A stretch of 64,000 nucleotides of DNA from Asterias rubens. Lineage: Eukaryota. The position numbers and the translations under genes are program-made. The stretch covers positions 7,564,001 to 7,628,000 of the forward strand of contig NC_047079.1 of NCBI RefSeq assembly GCF_902459465.1, in the 5' to 3' direction. The notes under the pieces were generated by a model, which had not been told where the DNA came from, did no database searches, and saw only the letters and a list, made by a program, of their open reading frames with translations. Positions 63,765-64,000 of the stretch are shown one piece after another (within the stretch, counting starts at the first letter, position 1; the number at the start of each line of letters is the position of its first letter).

Positions 63765-64000
63765 CTTAAAGACACTGCACGTTTGGTAATTGTCAAAGAC
63801 CATTTTTTTCCCTCGGTGTATCCCATCATTTAAGCATAAAAATAACAAGGCTGTGAAAATTTGGGCTCAATTGGTCGTCGAAGTTGCGAGAAAATGATGA
63901 AAGAAAAAACACCCTTGTTGGACGAATTTGTGTGCTTTCAGAAAGGAGTAAAAGACTTCTAGCTAGAAGTCTTATAATATTTCAGTGATAAATTACCTCT
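63765..64000. mobile_element. Kolobok-like element (left part) in the p53-family intron, cut by the window edge
   Basis: TTAAAGACACTGCACGTTTGGTAATTGTCAAAGACC...GTGAAAATTTGGGCTCAATTGGTCGTCGAAGTTGCGAG, matching the 50439 and 50698 copies. Confidence 0.75.

Overview
AT-rich animal genomic DNA with GT-AG introns and no prokaryotic features or CRISPR. The gene set and repeat families suggest an invertebrate deuterostome, probably an echinoderm (inference). Seven protein-coding genes are supported by hand-spliced, phase-consistent exons: (1) a giant Sfi1-repeat protein (+, 833-19424, 30 exons, about 2745 codons, 5' end unresolved) with two large disordered exons; (2) SZRD1 (-) head-to-head with (3) TTC36 (+); (4) a CIDE-N/DFFA-like gene (-) head-to-head with (5) PIGP (+); (6) AP2M1 (-); and (7) a short exon at 63320-63459, missed by the ORF track, encoding a p53-family transactivation motif (PLSDETFNLLWQQI), with the rest of that gene beyond the window. 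Non-coding DNA is dense in non-autonomous TIR elements (CWG/TAA-TSD Harbinger-like, TTAA-TSD Kolobok-like, one nested), tRNA-derived SINE fragments, long hairpins and tandem arrays (10, 23, 68, 81, 94 and 106 bp units). The most notable observations are the p53-family exon and its p63/p73-paralogon neighbours, two arrays that copy exon ends with their splice donors, two in-frame stops cutting an NLS-like tail from the DFFA-like protein, and structured hairpins in PIGP and TTC36 introns and downstream of AP2M1. I found no clear-cut new multi-gene system. All coordinates were read by hand and may be off by a few bases.
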